A DNA stretch of 64,000 nucleotides from contig NIVC01000858.1 in the NCBI GenBank assembly GCA_002269645.1, positions 62,001-126,000 on the forward strand. Direction: 5' to 3'. A program made the translations under genes and the position numbers. Of this stretch, positions 11,716 to 23,845 are shown in pieces. The number at the start of each line of letters is the position of its first letter. The first letter of the stretch is position 1. The DNA is from Macrostomum lignano (taxonomy: Eukaryota). The notes under the pieces are model-generated. The model searched no databases. It was not told the origin of the DNA and worked only from the letters and a program-made list of their open reading frames with translations.

Positions 11716-12352
11716 ATGCATCAGCTTGAGTGCCTCAGGACTGTCTTTGTCTTTGTCTCACTGCTGAGCACTGCTCTGGGCAGCCAGTCCTGCTCCCTGA
11801 AGTTCACTCCCATCAACGGCTCCCTGTGCATCAACAGCGACTTCGTCCAAGCTGTTCGAGTTCAACAAGTGCAGCAAGTCTGTGAGGGACTGCGGCTGCT
11901 CCAGACGAGGCCAGGTGTTCGTGAGGCAGCAGCCGGGACTGCCAGCGGGACAGCTGTGTCCGCCCGGATACGGAGACGACTTCTGCGGAGTCAAGTACAA
12001 GCAGCATGGAGGCTCGTGGAACGTCATAAAATCGACATGCGAGTCGGAGAGCGGTCTGGTGATCATGGCCGATGTGACGAGCAGCTCGGAGATGAGCCAC
12101 GTGGAGTCGCTTCGTCACGGCAACTCCCTGTGGCTGGGAGGCTTCCAGCCGGCCGGCAGCGCGGAGCCGGCAGGCGGCTGGTACTGGGTCGGCTGCAACA
12201 TCCCTGTGGAGCCCAGCCTGTGGGCCGATGGCGAGCCAGACAATAACGGGGCTGGGCAGGACAAGCTCGCTGCCTTTTCCGGAAAGAGCGGCCTCACTGA
12301 CTTGTCTTCGACCAGCTACGGTCTCTGCGAGTGCCTGTCGCCCTTCAACTGA
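11716..12352 (+). pseudogene. Secreted C-type lectin-domain protein with a frameshift near 11840-11855
   Basis: Signal-peptide-like start (VFVFVSLLSTALG) in one frame. The Cys-rich region and CTLD (LWLGG..WYW..LWADGEPDNNG..LCEC) are in another frame. No plausible intron bridges the shift. AATAAA at 12532. Confidence 0.7.
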
Positions 12353-12617
12353 GCTGAAGAAAATTGGATTTTTTTTCACCAGCAACTTTTTAACTCTCAT
12401 AAAGCCAGGAATTTTAATTTTTAACAAAAACTTATCAGAAAGAGTCAAAGCATGTAAAACTTCTTTTTAAAAAGGTTATCAGTTCTATTCCCTTGTTTTC
12501 TGTTTTGCAGATATGTTTGCAAAGATTTCTCAATAAAAATAGATTGCAGAAATGTAGCAACTAGAAGCCTAGCAACAAGCACCGGTAGATTTTCCTGGCT
12601 GCTCTGACTCAATGCAT

Positions 12618-12985
12618 CCTCAATTCACTAACTTTTTCAAATTCTTTTTTTCACCGGGAACGCTTGCCTGCAGTCGGGCTCTCCTTTGAATTATTTAATT
12701 TCGTAACTTTTCAGCGCTTTGATGCTGGCGGTAGCCTCACCGCTCACCACTTGATGACTTCCCAGCTGAGAGAAATGAGGAAACTTTCTACCTAAAAGAC
12801 TCGGCATGAGCACATCTCTGGGACTATGCATCTCTACTGAAGCTGAAACTGTCCCGTAGTTGCTTACAAATGGTTGCCAACCATTTGTCGCATGCTCTGG
12901 CTCGATGCATTCTCACTTCACTAACTTTGCAAATTCTGGGAACTGGGAACGCTTGCCTGTAGTCGGGCTCTCCAGTATTTAATCT
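12618..12985. repeat. Pair of about 70-bp diverged direct repeats
   Basis: TTCACTAACTTT..CAAATTCT..GGGAACGCTTGCCTG(C/T)AGTCGGGCTCTCC occurs at about 12620-12690 and about 12915-12985. Confidence 0.6.
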
Positions 12986-14179
12986 CTACCGGCATCTGGT
13001 TTCTGGCTAATTTATTTGCTAATGAAAAAAGAGGTTTTGGATGTCCAGCGAAACACCTCGAAATTGAAATCGAGGTGAGCTTTTTGCGTCCGGTTTTTCG
13101 TATATTAAAGTATAACAAACAGCTATAATTTCAATTGCTACTGATAGCTGTCTCCATCTCTCAGGAGTTGATTTTGTCGCTGACAAAGCAGCAGCGTTCG
13201 CCGAGGCGATGCCGGCCTTTCACTTGTTCTCCATTTTTTCCCATCTGTCACAAAATTTCTGGTCCAAAGCTTCTCAAACGCTAAAGCAAGAGCTTCTCAA
13301 GAGCTTCCGAAGTTGTCGGCTTCGTCCTTTGAATAATTAACGAGAAGCAGCAAGCAGCATTTGCCAAAAATCTAAACAGCTGCGCAACTCGCAAACCGCT
13401 TTTTCTCTTTCTCACGCGTTTCAGCCTCATCAACTAGTGAAGCAGTCGCTACTCAGTTGGGTCTCGGGATCTGCAACCATCTTTTTGTTCTTGTTGTCAT
13501 GGCAACTCTACTCTAAAACTCTGTATACGATACAGTCATTCTGACTCGCTTTTCTGACGCTTATTTCCTACAAGTTTCTCCTTATTTACGCTTTCGTGGC
13601 TGCACTCGATACCAAACCCTTTGGCTCGTAAGGCCCATTATGATCCATTCAATCAAATTTGCGCAGCACACTACTTTTGAAAGAGTAGCATTTCTTTGGC
13701 TATAATTTTTCACCTCTGCTGAGCAGGAAAATATTTGCCCAACCTCCATCCCTGAGCGCAGGGCAGGTGCCAACGGAGCCGCCTTCTCCTGAATGTGCGG
13801 CCACTAAGGTGGCAACCCACCGAGGACGACAAAGTGCTGGGGCTGCCGATGGCCGACACAAGGCGCTCCGTACCGCAACCCGACGTCTTCACCAGGACTC
13901 GCGGTCTGGCCAACCGGAGCCTCGAGGGCAGAGACCTCCACCTGACTCTATCTCCCGTCATGCACTCGAAACAAAGAATACTTCGGCTGTACGGAAAGTC
14001 GTGAAATTGTACGAAGTATTGAAAAAGCAGTCTTACTAGTTGGTAATGTGATCTCCCCTTGCATTGATTACAGCTTTGCAATGCTCAACAAGTCGCTGAA
14101 CCTCTCTTTTCAAGCAATCATCATCAAGGCCTCTGGCAAACTGCAACGCAGCTTCTCGAACTTCATTGGTGGTCGCTGA

Positions 14180-14625
14180 TCTCACCTTGGCCAAGCCTGC
14201 ACCTGTTGCTTTACTTTGTACCTGTGTTGTTCATGTACACCCCGTCTCATCTTCCACCTTCAACTTGTTGAAAAGTTATTTTCATGCCATCGTTGTAAAA
14301 AAGACTGCGAATATGTTCTCCTCGGGAGAGCATGCGGAACCCAGCCAGCAGAAACTCTTCGAAGGTGCAAATCCTCAGTCGAAATTTCGTGCACTGCTGT
14401 TTTTCCAACTTTCACAAAGTCGGCGAGGTCTTTGACACTCACTAACTTTTGGATCCTCTTCAACAAGAGCACGGCAGGTCTAGATCAGTTCCTTTGGGTC
14501 CTTGTTGACCGTGGCCGGCCAGTCCGAGGAGCTGAGACCAGGGGAAATGCTTCATCCACAGAACTTTGAGTACCATCTGTAAACCGTTGACTGACCTGGT
14601 GCCGCAACTCCATAAAATTTGAGTA
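14180..14625 (-). mobile_element. Mariner transposase N-terminal fragment
   Basis: The minus strand encodes IYGVAAPGQSTVYRWYSKF..GRPRST and VSAGWVPHAL (HTH and WVPHxL motifs). Confidence 0.75.
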
Positions 14626-14689
14626 GCATGGACACCCGAATTAAAACTAACGGAGCAGCCAGCTGCAAGAAAACTCATCTCTCGGCCCA

Positions 14690-15270
14690 CATAAAGGTGG
14701 CCACCTTCAACTGCTGCACTCTGTCCGCTGGCTGGCAGCTACAAGAGCTCACTAACCTGGCCGCTGACCGTCCATCTCCATCCTGGTGGTCCAGAAACAC
14801 CACAGGCACTCTGAGGACATCATCAATGTCGACATGCTGTTGCAGGCATGCAATATTCGCCCTGCGGGACAGGAGGCTGCACATAACTTGTGTACGCTTC
14901 AACTGCCGCTGTTACAGCCGAGAATCGCCAACGCCTGCAGGATCGCACAGGCAGCAGTGGCCATGAGCAGCAGGTTGAAATCCACGCCAGAGAGGCGGTA
15001 GCTGAGATCCATCTGGCCAGCGAGAACTGTCTGCATGCAGCCGCCTAGCGCTGCATCAACAGGTTGATCGATCGCAGAAAGAAGTCCAACACCATCGTCG
15101 CTGCCAAGTCCCCGGAAGATCGCAAGCAGCTGGTGGCCTCGCACTACCAGCTGGTGTTGAACGCACCCGATCCTGGCTTGCTTCCCCCACCAGCCTCCGG
15201 CCTGACACCCGCCCCAGCTAAGTCCTTTTGTTGCACCACAATCACCATGACCAAGGCAGGAGGTTGGTAA
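14690..15270 (+). mobile_element. Degenerate non-LTR retrotransposon (APE endonuclease start, RTE/CR1-like)
   Basis: IKVATFNCCTL..LQEL then, frameshifted, ISILVVQKHHR. These match APE motifs I and II. Heavily decayed. Confidence 0.5.
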
Positions 15271-15842
15271 AGTCCTGAATAAAATGCGAGCGGACGCTGC
15301 ATCTTGAGTCGACGGAATCCCCCCGAAAGTGCTGAAGTTAGCTGAGCTGATTGGCACTGTGACCAGTCTGCTCAACTGACCAGTTGGATGCCTTGCTCAA
15401 CTGACCAACTGACCTTTGGGTAACTGCTGTCTTTGTGGGGACAAGTCCGCCTCTGCATGCCACAATGCAGTTGAAGACTTCGAAGATCATCTCTGTTTTT
15501 TGTGGCCATAGACGACTCAGTCGTGTTGCGGGTGAAACGATTGTTTCCATGGACACATTCGGTTTCCTGCTGCGCGCAATTATGTTGATGAAATGAAGAG
15601 GTCGAACGTACCAAACTAAGAATTAAGAATAATAAAATGGATTGAGAGCTGAGCACTGTGTCAAGCTCAAATTGAAGACTTAAAGACAAAGTACAACAAG
15701 TCGCATACACACCCAGTGATGAGTTAAAGAAGAAATGCTTGGAGCCTTTAAATAAAAGGAAAATTTTTCACGATGAAATAAAATAAAACGCTCATCTAAG
15801 AGTGCAACTGTTATGTGAGCTTGTTGGTTGATTATGATTGCC

Positions 15843-16200
15843 TATGTCAGGGGAAGGAACATCCCGTATGTCGACGTGATGTCAAGGTTCGAGTTCGACG
15901 AGACGACCGAAATGAAGGAAGTGACCGGAAAGCATAGTCCACTGGATGGAGGTGCTAGGCGGGACACAATACCGCTGTGATGGCCCGTTATAAGGACCAA
16001 TAAACCGGAGACAGAGCGCAAGGCCGGTGGATCTGGATGCAAAGGATGATGCAGATCCTTCAATCGATATGCGTCGGTCACCACCAAGACGCAGCGTGAT
16101 CGCACAAACAAAGGAGTCCCTCCGGAGCGGCTCCCTCTTTGTTGGTGAGGAGATGTGGCATCGCAAGAGTGCATCCCTCCGGCGTTATCACTGCCCTGTA
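15843..16200 (+). mobile_element. Gypsy RNase H end / connection fragment
   Basis: YVRGRNIPYVDVMSR resembles the Gypsy YxPGKxNxxADALSR motif. Confidence 0.5.
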
Positions 16201-16924
16201 CAAGTACGTACAGCCAACACTCAATTCAATAATTTATTTATCACGCAATTTATCTTAGCCAAATATACAAGTCAGCCCTGCTCAGTGCAAGCGGCCTTTT
16301 GAGTTTTTTCATGTCTGCCTAGCACCATATCGCGACATTTGACTTTTCTTCATACGCGAAAGTTATAAGTCGACTGTGTGGTTTCTGCCGACTGTTATTT
16401 GCTCGCTGCGTTAATAAGAGCGCTGTTGGGTGTGGCCATAGACGACTCAGTCGCACACACACCCAGCCATAAGCTAAAGAAGCGATGCTTGAAGCTTGGA
16501 AAATAAAAATGAATGTTACGATAACATGAAATAAGACGCTCGGTTAATAGAGCAATTATTAAGAGGTCTTCGCTCAATGTCTTCCGCCAGAGAGGAAGTC
16601 ATAACAAGCGCAAAATGCATAATAATATAATAATGGTATGCAGCATTGCCGTAGAGAATGGTCTATGGCCGACCTTACAGTTGTACCTAAGTCATCATAG
16701 CAAGCCCAAGCGGAGTGCATTACAAGGTCAAGACTTTCTAAATTCTTGCTAAACGCTAGCAGCATAAATGGTTAAACCCCGACTTCCTCGACAAGTAACA
16801 AATAAGAATAAAATCACGAGACGATTTTAGGCTCTACTAAACGCTATTAATTGTAACTTCATTACCGACAATGACCCCTGTAAGTAGTTAAGCATAGTAA
16901 CTACTATTTATATTTGATTACACC

Positions 16925-17210
16925 TGCCCTAGCCTAATTGGGGCAGATGCGAAACCGACAGCTCAGCCGCTGCTATTGCGCGGCGCATCTGAAGGCTGCG
17001 CACGCCTGTTCAGTCCAAGGACTGGGGGGTCGCCACACACACCCTCAATTACCCCAGCTAACGCTGGCACCCATTCTACAGCTGGGTAAACTGAATAAAT
17101 GCAGAGTTGAGTTGAGTGTCTTGCTTAAGGACACAAATTGTTCCAGTGGAATCGGGAATCGAACCCCAAATTTTCAAGTCGTGAGTCCGACGCTCTAACT
17201 ACTAGGCTAC
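16925..17210 (-). mobile_element. tRNA-derived CORE-type SINE
   Basis: The minus strand has an A box (TAGCCTAGTAGTTAG) and a B box GGTTCGATTCC (17155-17165). These are followed by TGTGTCCTTAAGCAAGACACTCAAC..CAGTTTACCCAGCTGTAGAATGGG, which resembles the MIR CORE domain. Confidence 0.75.
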
Positions 17211-17230
17211 AACCTCCCACTAGATATATA

Positions 17231-17346
17231 GGGCCCGTTCTATAAAGCCATCGTAAGATAAAATCGTTCTTAGCTCCTATCTCCGCCGTGTAAAAGTTCC
17301 GACGTACGATCGAACTTACGCTACGACAGCTTTATAGTACGACCCC
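17231..17346. mobile_element. 116-bp MITE, PIF/Harbinger-like
   Basis: TIRs GGGCCCGTTCTATAAAG and CTTTATAGTACGACCCC (14/17 match) with a 3-bp ATA duplication on both sides. Confidence 0.7.
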
Positions 17347-19369
17347 ATAGTTACTACATACCAAGACTAAGAGCTATAATTGCATAAATACTATATTACT
17401 GCAAGAATTTCAAAGCACTTTAAATAGTCCATTGCAAACAAATAAGCATGGTGCATATTACCAACACAGAGCGGGTACTCACCCAAGCAGACCATACCGA
17501 ATCTCTAATCGTTGTGTAAAACTTTAACAAAACTTCTCTTGTACCCGATTTCTCAATCTAAATATACTAAATCTCCAAGGTTTGTATGCTTGAATGTCCA
17601 TAACGCTCTAGAGATTGCAATCCTATATACTAAATCCTCAGCTAAAAACTGAGCCAGCCTCTGACGCTTCTGTCTCAAACTGAGGGAGCACTGCGCCCTG
17701 GGATTTCTTGCGCAGTTGGGTCAGAGACACTATAGAGACGCCTGTGAAGGATGGCTCGCCCCTTCCTGCAGACGCCGTTGTCTATGGTTAAAACCTCAAT
17801 CCTTTCAAGTCTAATAGACATATTTGGGTGTTATTGTCCATCGGTATATTTTAAGATAACAGAAAACTAATAAGCATACGAAGGATAACAGGTTTCAAAA
17901 AGCAGTTTAACGAAATATTCAAGATAGCCTACCGTTCTCCTCCATTTGCCGCCTGGTGCTAGCGGGCAGACCTTCAATCTCGATGCCATCTAACTGGAGC
18001 AACTCATCACTCAGATCACCGCTATCAGCTAGTTGTTCTTCGAACTCCTGTAAATCGTCAACAAGTTGTTCGGTCTCCTTCGCCAGGAAGTTCATGAAGT
18101 CGTCGATAAGCTCGCGACATTCATCGCCGTTCGAAGACAGATCTCGTAATGATATCCAACTCATTATCAGTGACGCCACTAATCTCATCCGTTGGCAGAG
18201 CTTTGTAGTTAAGTAACATGGGTAGAAGTCTAGTTGATTTCGATATGTCTCGCTTTTAAATAAAAATGTTCTGCATTTAGCATTAGTCTGAGCTTGATAT
18301 CTCGCCTCAGCTTAGACTTTAATACCTGCGGCGCTTGCGCGATAATACAATATCAAGCATCCCGACTGCAGAAGAATATACCATTGAATCGCATCTTCTT
18401 AGTATGCTGCTAGTTCCATATTCACACCATCATTGTCTGGCCCCGGGGTTTTGACCATAGACTGTAGATTCTGCTGCTCTCAAGCATTGGCACTCGAAGA
18501 AAAGCTGCGAGAGCAATCGCTTTCCATTACTGGTGGTTTGCGGCAACCTGACTGACATGGCCGCTTTGCTGCAATGTCTGTGGCCCCCGGGGTTTTTTAG
18601 CCTCGGAGACAGCCGCTGGAGATGGCCGCTAAATACATTAAAGAATGCTGGAGTGACAAATCTGCGTATAATGAATCTGTGATGCAAATAGTGATTCCGA
18701 CTGCCACAATAATCGCTGCAAAACAGACTACCTTGGGACTTGTACTTTCAGCATTGGGATGTCTAGCAGCAGTTGGTCAGGGGGTCACATCGGACTGGTT
18801 GAATGAAATTTTTGATAAGTTTCTGGGGTAGAGGTCACGACCCCCTTGTCCCCTTTGGCCACGGGAAAGCCACGTGAGATAGACTTCAGGAAGGGATGGC
18901 TTGGTTCTACATGAAAGAAAAACATTGAAGTATGTTCTACTGATTGAAATAAACCCCAACCAGACAGAATGATTGCTGAGTCAATCTCTGGGTTTCAATT
19001 TCCTGACCACCGAAAGCAATGGTATATTTAAACGAGCCAAAATACATCTCAGTGTGAGTGAGGGTTCCGAATTCGAATATCTGCAGAGAGGACAGATAAT
19101 TTCCTGAAGGCCAGTTCTCAGGTTTCGAGCACTAAATTCACAACATCTCACCGTACAAGCTGAGCTATATTTCGTTTGGTCCCACGTTGATTCACAATTT
19201 CGTGAATCGAACTTTGACAAAACCCATAATTGCTCCGTTTGCAATTCAAAGGTCCAGAAGTTGAGAGATATTGAGAATTAAGCGCTAAAAATCCTGAAAT
19301 TGTGCTGCGAAAACCTGCGGCATCCAGCGAAATTAAGCGCCCCTCCAATTTGCAAATAGTTGCCAGAGC

Positions 19370-22300
19370 TCAGGTCAGACGGTGGGTCCGCAGGCAGTCC
19401 AGGCCCCGCAGCAGCTCCGGCTGGCGCAGGCAGGAGGCCCGGAAATCCTCCCAGCTGATCAGGCCGTCCCCGTCAGCGTCCAGCCGCCGGAAGGCCGCGT
19501 CCGCCTGCGCCTGCACCGCGGCCGGGCCGGCCGGGGGTCGAACCCGGGGCCCCTGCAGGTCGCAGATGGAGGCGACGACTTCGGCCAGCTCGCGCCGCGA
19601 GATCTCGCCGTCCTTGTTGATGTCGTACATGTTGAAGATCCAGCGCAGCCGCTGCTCGTGGCTGCCCTTCAGCAGGATGTCCAGGCACAGCGCGAACTGC
19701 TCGAAGGTGACGCAGCCGCAGCGGCTCCGGTCGAAGCAGCAGAAGACGTAGTGAGCAAACGAGTGCGCGTTGCCCAGCGGAAAAATCTGCGCAAGGATGT
19801 GGTGCAGGGACTCCTCCTGCATCACGCCTGAAGCAGTTGGGAGTGGAGCAGAGTTCAGGGGACTCTAGCGCCATCAAGCCACATGTCGATCTGCCAAGCT
19901 ACACCTCGAACTGCCAAGCTAACTCCTCAAAATGCCAAGCTACACCTCAAACTGCCAAGCTACACCTTAAACTGCCAAACTACACCTCAAACTGTCAAGC
20001 TACACTTCAAACTGCCCACTTCAAACTGCCCACTTCAAACTGCCCACTTCAAACTGCCAAGCTACACCTCGAACTGCCAAGCTACATCTTAAACTGCCAA
20101 GCTACACCCTAAACTGCCAAACTACACCATAAACTGCCAAGCTACACCCTAAACTGCCAAGCTACACCTTAAACTGCCAAGCTACACCTTAAACTGCCAA
20201 ACTACACCTTAAACTGTCAAACTACACATCAAACTGTCAAGCTACACTTCAAACTGCCCACTTCAAACTGCCAAGCTACACCCTAAACTGCCAAGCTACA
20301 CCTTAAACTGCCAAACTACACCTCAAACTGCCAAACTACACCTCAAACTGACAAGCTACACCTTAATTAATTACTAAGATGGACCCAAGAAGAGCTGTGA
20401 ATAAATATTATGAGAAGGCTCCTTCTGTGTCACTCAGTAGTAGTATCTCGCAGACAGGGCAGAATTATGGCAGTCAGTTAGTTCATTTTCATTCCTATTC
20501 GTTGACTTTGAAAGCAGCGATTTCAAGCCAAATCCCAGTCTCCGCCTCGGTGTCGCCTGCAGTTATTGCACCGGGAGATTTATCCATCCATTTCCAGCCC
20601 TGCCGGCTGCTCGCTGAACTCATCGGTCTCTGAGGAGGGCGGCTTTGATTCCCCGGCATCCCCCCGCCCGCCTCCGCAATCAGTATGCGCAGCAGATGAA
20701 GGAATTCCCGCGGGCTCCAATTAGGCAGCCGCCGGCGCCATCGCACTTTCATCCCCTCTCCCCCTTTGACCCTCTTCCTCCCCGCGGCTCAGACTCGGGC
20801 TGGAGTTCCGGTCGCGGTGACTGCGGCTGGAATAGCAGGTAAACAGTGGCAGGTGAGGGCGAGAGGAAACAATGCGATAGCCCAGACTGGGGCAGCGGCC
20901 CATGATCTCATTGAAAGGAGCTGGGAGTTGGGAAATTTAATTGCAGATGACGGAGCCGCTGTGTCCCGGGGCGCCTGGGGGCATGAAGGGAGCAGGTATT
21001 TGGAACAGAGCTTGAGGGAGATCGGAATTGAGTTGGTTAGGGAGTTGTGCTCATTCCGCTGACCCCTGAGCTCGCACACGCAGGTGCCAGACAAGATTCA
21101 GGCCAAATTCAATGATTGAGTGAGATGGACAAAGGATTGCTGCTGGAGCACCGCAGCCAAGCAGTTCCAAGCCAGTGACTGCGGCAAATGGCCGCAGGGA
21201 AGCGGTCAGGATGGACTTAGGGACAAACAGACAGGAAGACATGCGGACTCGGTGAGGAATTTGATTAGCCAACAATTAACGGCTGCCCGGTGCGCCCTCC
21301 CGGCCCTCAGCTCCTGTTCGCTAAAGTACATTTTCAGCTGGCCAAAGGGATTTTGCCGCGGCCAAGTGAATCGGCGGCGTGGCTCTCGGGCTGGCGATCT
21401 GGTGAGCAAGGGGCTGAGGGCTAATCCTAGCATCCCAGCATCCCTGCATCCCAGCATCACCGCTGACCCGCCACAGCCTGGCGAGGTGGACGGAGCTGCT
21501 CTAACCTTAACCTCACGCGTATTAAGAGATTAGTTCGGCTCGGACCAGCCGCCGGAGTTCGAGTCTGGAATTCGAGCTCGGGCCGGATTAGTTAAATCTC
21601 AATCTTGCCAAGCAGGATCGGCCTCCTGACTGCGATTCGCTCCTTTCACCTCGCCCTGCTCTCTGCTTTCCCGCAGTTCTTCACAGCCCTGCGCAGTTGT
21701 AAAAATTGGCTTCATTTGCGGCCCCGCACGGCTTGGCACGAGGAGGCTCGGGCGGCTCCGCCCACGGCCGTCCGGCCGGCTGTGAGAGTCCAGCCAGCTG
21801 CTCCGGTGTCCGGCACCCCGCGTCCGGGCAGCAGCGCAGGAGTTGCTGCATGCATCTGGACTCGTTAATTATCAATGAGCCGAGAATCCCGCCACTCTAG
21901 GGGGGTAGAGGCGGTGAGTCCGACTCTCCCCCGAAATTCTTCCACGTGCTTTGACTCACAGCGCCATGCCTGTCTGTTAACTTTCAGCCGCCTGTGTGTC
22001 TGGCTCCCATCGGACAGTTCTGACACACTTTTCCCGCGAACTTCTTGCAGGACATCAGGGCGCCTGATTTTCTGACACTATAGGGACCCCTGACAGATCT
22101 AGGCACATCTAATACTGTTTTAACATATCTGGTACAGGTTTTGGCATAATCTGCTACATATTCTGGTATATCTGGTACAGACAGTCGTATCTGATACAAA
22201 TGAAGGCGACGCATTTTCAGTCCCATTAGAGCCGGAAGTGAAGAGAGTCATTTATGATGCGAGCTCAGAAATGCTGGCCGTAAATTTTGGCTTGTGAGTC

Positions 22301-23845
22301 ATTTAGGGGCTGCCTGCAGTGAATGCAAAGAGATAAGCTTATCGCGATAGTCGGTGTGCGTGTGGCAGTCAGCGCTTTTATCAAAAATATTAGGTATTAT
22401 TCAGCTTAGCCAGGTACTAGTAATAATTCTATCGCAGCTCCCGGAGCGACCAGTCGGAGCTCATCATCATGCAGGCGCGGGAGGTGCAGCCGGAAATTTA
22501 ACATTCCCCACTAGTTTGATGTCTCCCAGGCACTTCTATTCAAACGCAATCTAATTTACAAATTGACTAAAATATTTATCTTTTGCGATTGTTAATTGCG
22601 TCAATCTGCCATTTTAAAAATAATGGCAGTTTAATGAATTAAACAAATAATTTATTTAAAATTGCCATCATTCATGAAAGGATAAGTAACAGAGGCAGGG
22701 ACTGGCTGAAAAATCGATGACTTTCACCCACCCACCCACGCCAGCTCATAGCAATAAAAAAGCTGCGCCAGCAGGGATAGAAAATTCGGGTAGGGTTTGA
22801 AGTCACGGCGGAGAAAATCGATAAGCCTAACCGTCGACACCCCATGCCATGCAGCCAAGAGCCAATAGCAATAAAGTGGGCGGCGTCAGCAGGGATAGAA
22901 AATTTGGACAGGGTTTTGAAGCCACGACAGAGAAGTCGATACGCTCGTAACCCCTCGCCCCGTCTGCACCTACCCACCCCACTCCATGCAGCCAATAGCA
23001 ATTAAGTAGGCCGCGCCGGCGGAAATAGGAAATGGGGTCTGTTTAGAGTAGAGTTTAGAGTATGTGGCCGAACGGTTCACGTACGCTACTTGGTCCAGAG
23101 CTGGTGTGCTTAAATAACCTTAATTTTACACTCCTCAAGTTCAAAATGTTTAGACTATTTAGGGCTTGTAAAATTGCATCCTTTATAAGATTTAGTGGAA
23201 GCGAAGATTTGAGAATAGGAAATTTGATTGAGGTAATTGAATTTTCTGGGAAGTAAAGTAGTCGGATCGGATGTTATTCGTCCGGCGTGAAACAAACACT
23301 AGTGCAAATTATCTAATAAAACACAGGGTGTAACTCTCTTGGCTCCTTAAGAGCTAGACGTTCTCAATTATATATGAGGGTAGAATTACTATTTTATATA
23401 ACTCGCTTCTTATGGAATCAATTAGTGTTTAATAGCACAGCAGGAACCCTCCGAGGTCTGCCAACTGGAAAAAGGCATTGAGGGCAGCTACAAAGTCTAC
23501 AAAAGCTACAAAAGCTACAATCGGCTCACCAAACGGGCACAGCGACTTGAACCGACGATAGATGAGCCGCAGCTCCTGCCTGTCGAAGCCGGTTTTGGCC
23601 AACAGGCAGGCCAGACTGACCACTCGGGGCCGCCGTCCGGACAGCAGCAGCATCTCCGGCGAGGCGTCTGTGACGCCTGCAGTGGCCGCTGTCACGGTAG
23701 TATCGTCAGTTGCGTGGCTACGTCGGCGAACCTCCGTCAGCAGCTGAGACGGCGCCGAGGTGAACCGGCGCAGCAGGCGCTGCAGGCGACTCTCAGTGTG
23801 AATGGAGATCGCGCCCGAGCGCTGCTGCCTTCGCTGAGTCAGCAT
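19370..23845 (-). CDS. KCNIP: Kv channel-interacting protein / calsenilin-like neuronal calcium sensor (2 exons)
   Basis: Exons 23845-23530 and 19827-19370 are joined by a phase-1 GT-AG intron, giving TGFDRQELRLIYRRFKSLCPFG-VMQEESLHHILAQIFPLGNAHSFAHYVFCCFD. EF-hands DINKDGEISRRE and DADGDGLISWED follow. Confidence 0.9.
19891..20365. repeat. Intronic minisatellite, 20-bp unit
   Basis: (AAACTGCCAAGCTACACCTT)n with 14-bp AAACTGCCCACTTC variants, inside the KChIP intron. Confidence 0.95.
22725..23035. repeat. Diverged tandem repeat, about 3 copies of about 110 bp
   Basis: Recurrent ..ATAGCAATAAA..GCGCCAGCAGGGATAGAAAATT..GGG blocks. Confidence 0.5.

Noticed and set aside
15490-16560. Two related segments (GTGGCCATAGACGACTCAGTCG.. 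and ..GAAATAA..ACGCTC) at about 15500-15790 and about 16430-16550
   Set aside because: Clearly related copies, but the element class could not be determined.
17919-18188. Acidic 89-aa helical ORF on the minus strand
   Set aside because: Coding-like, but no recognisable domain or partner exon could be established.
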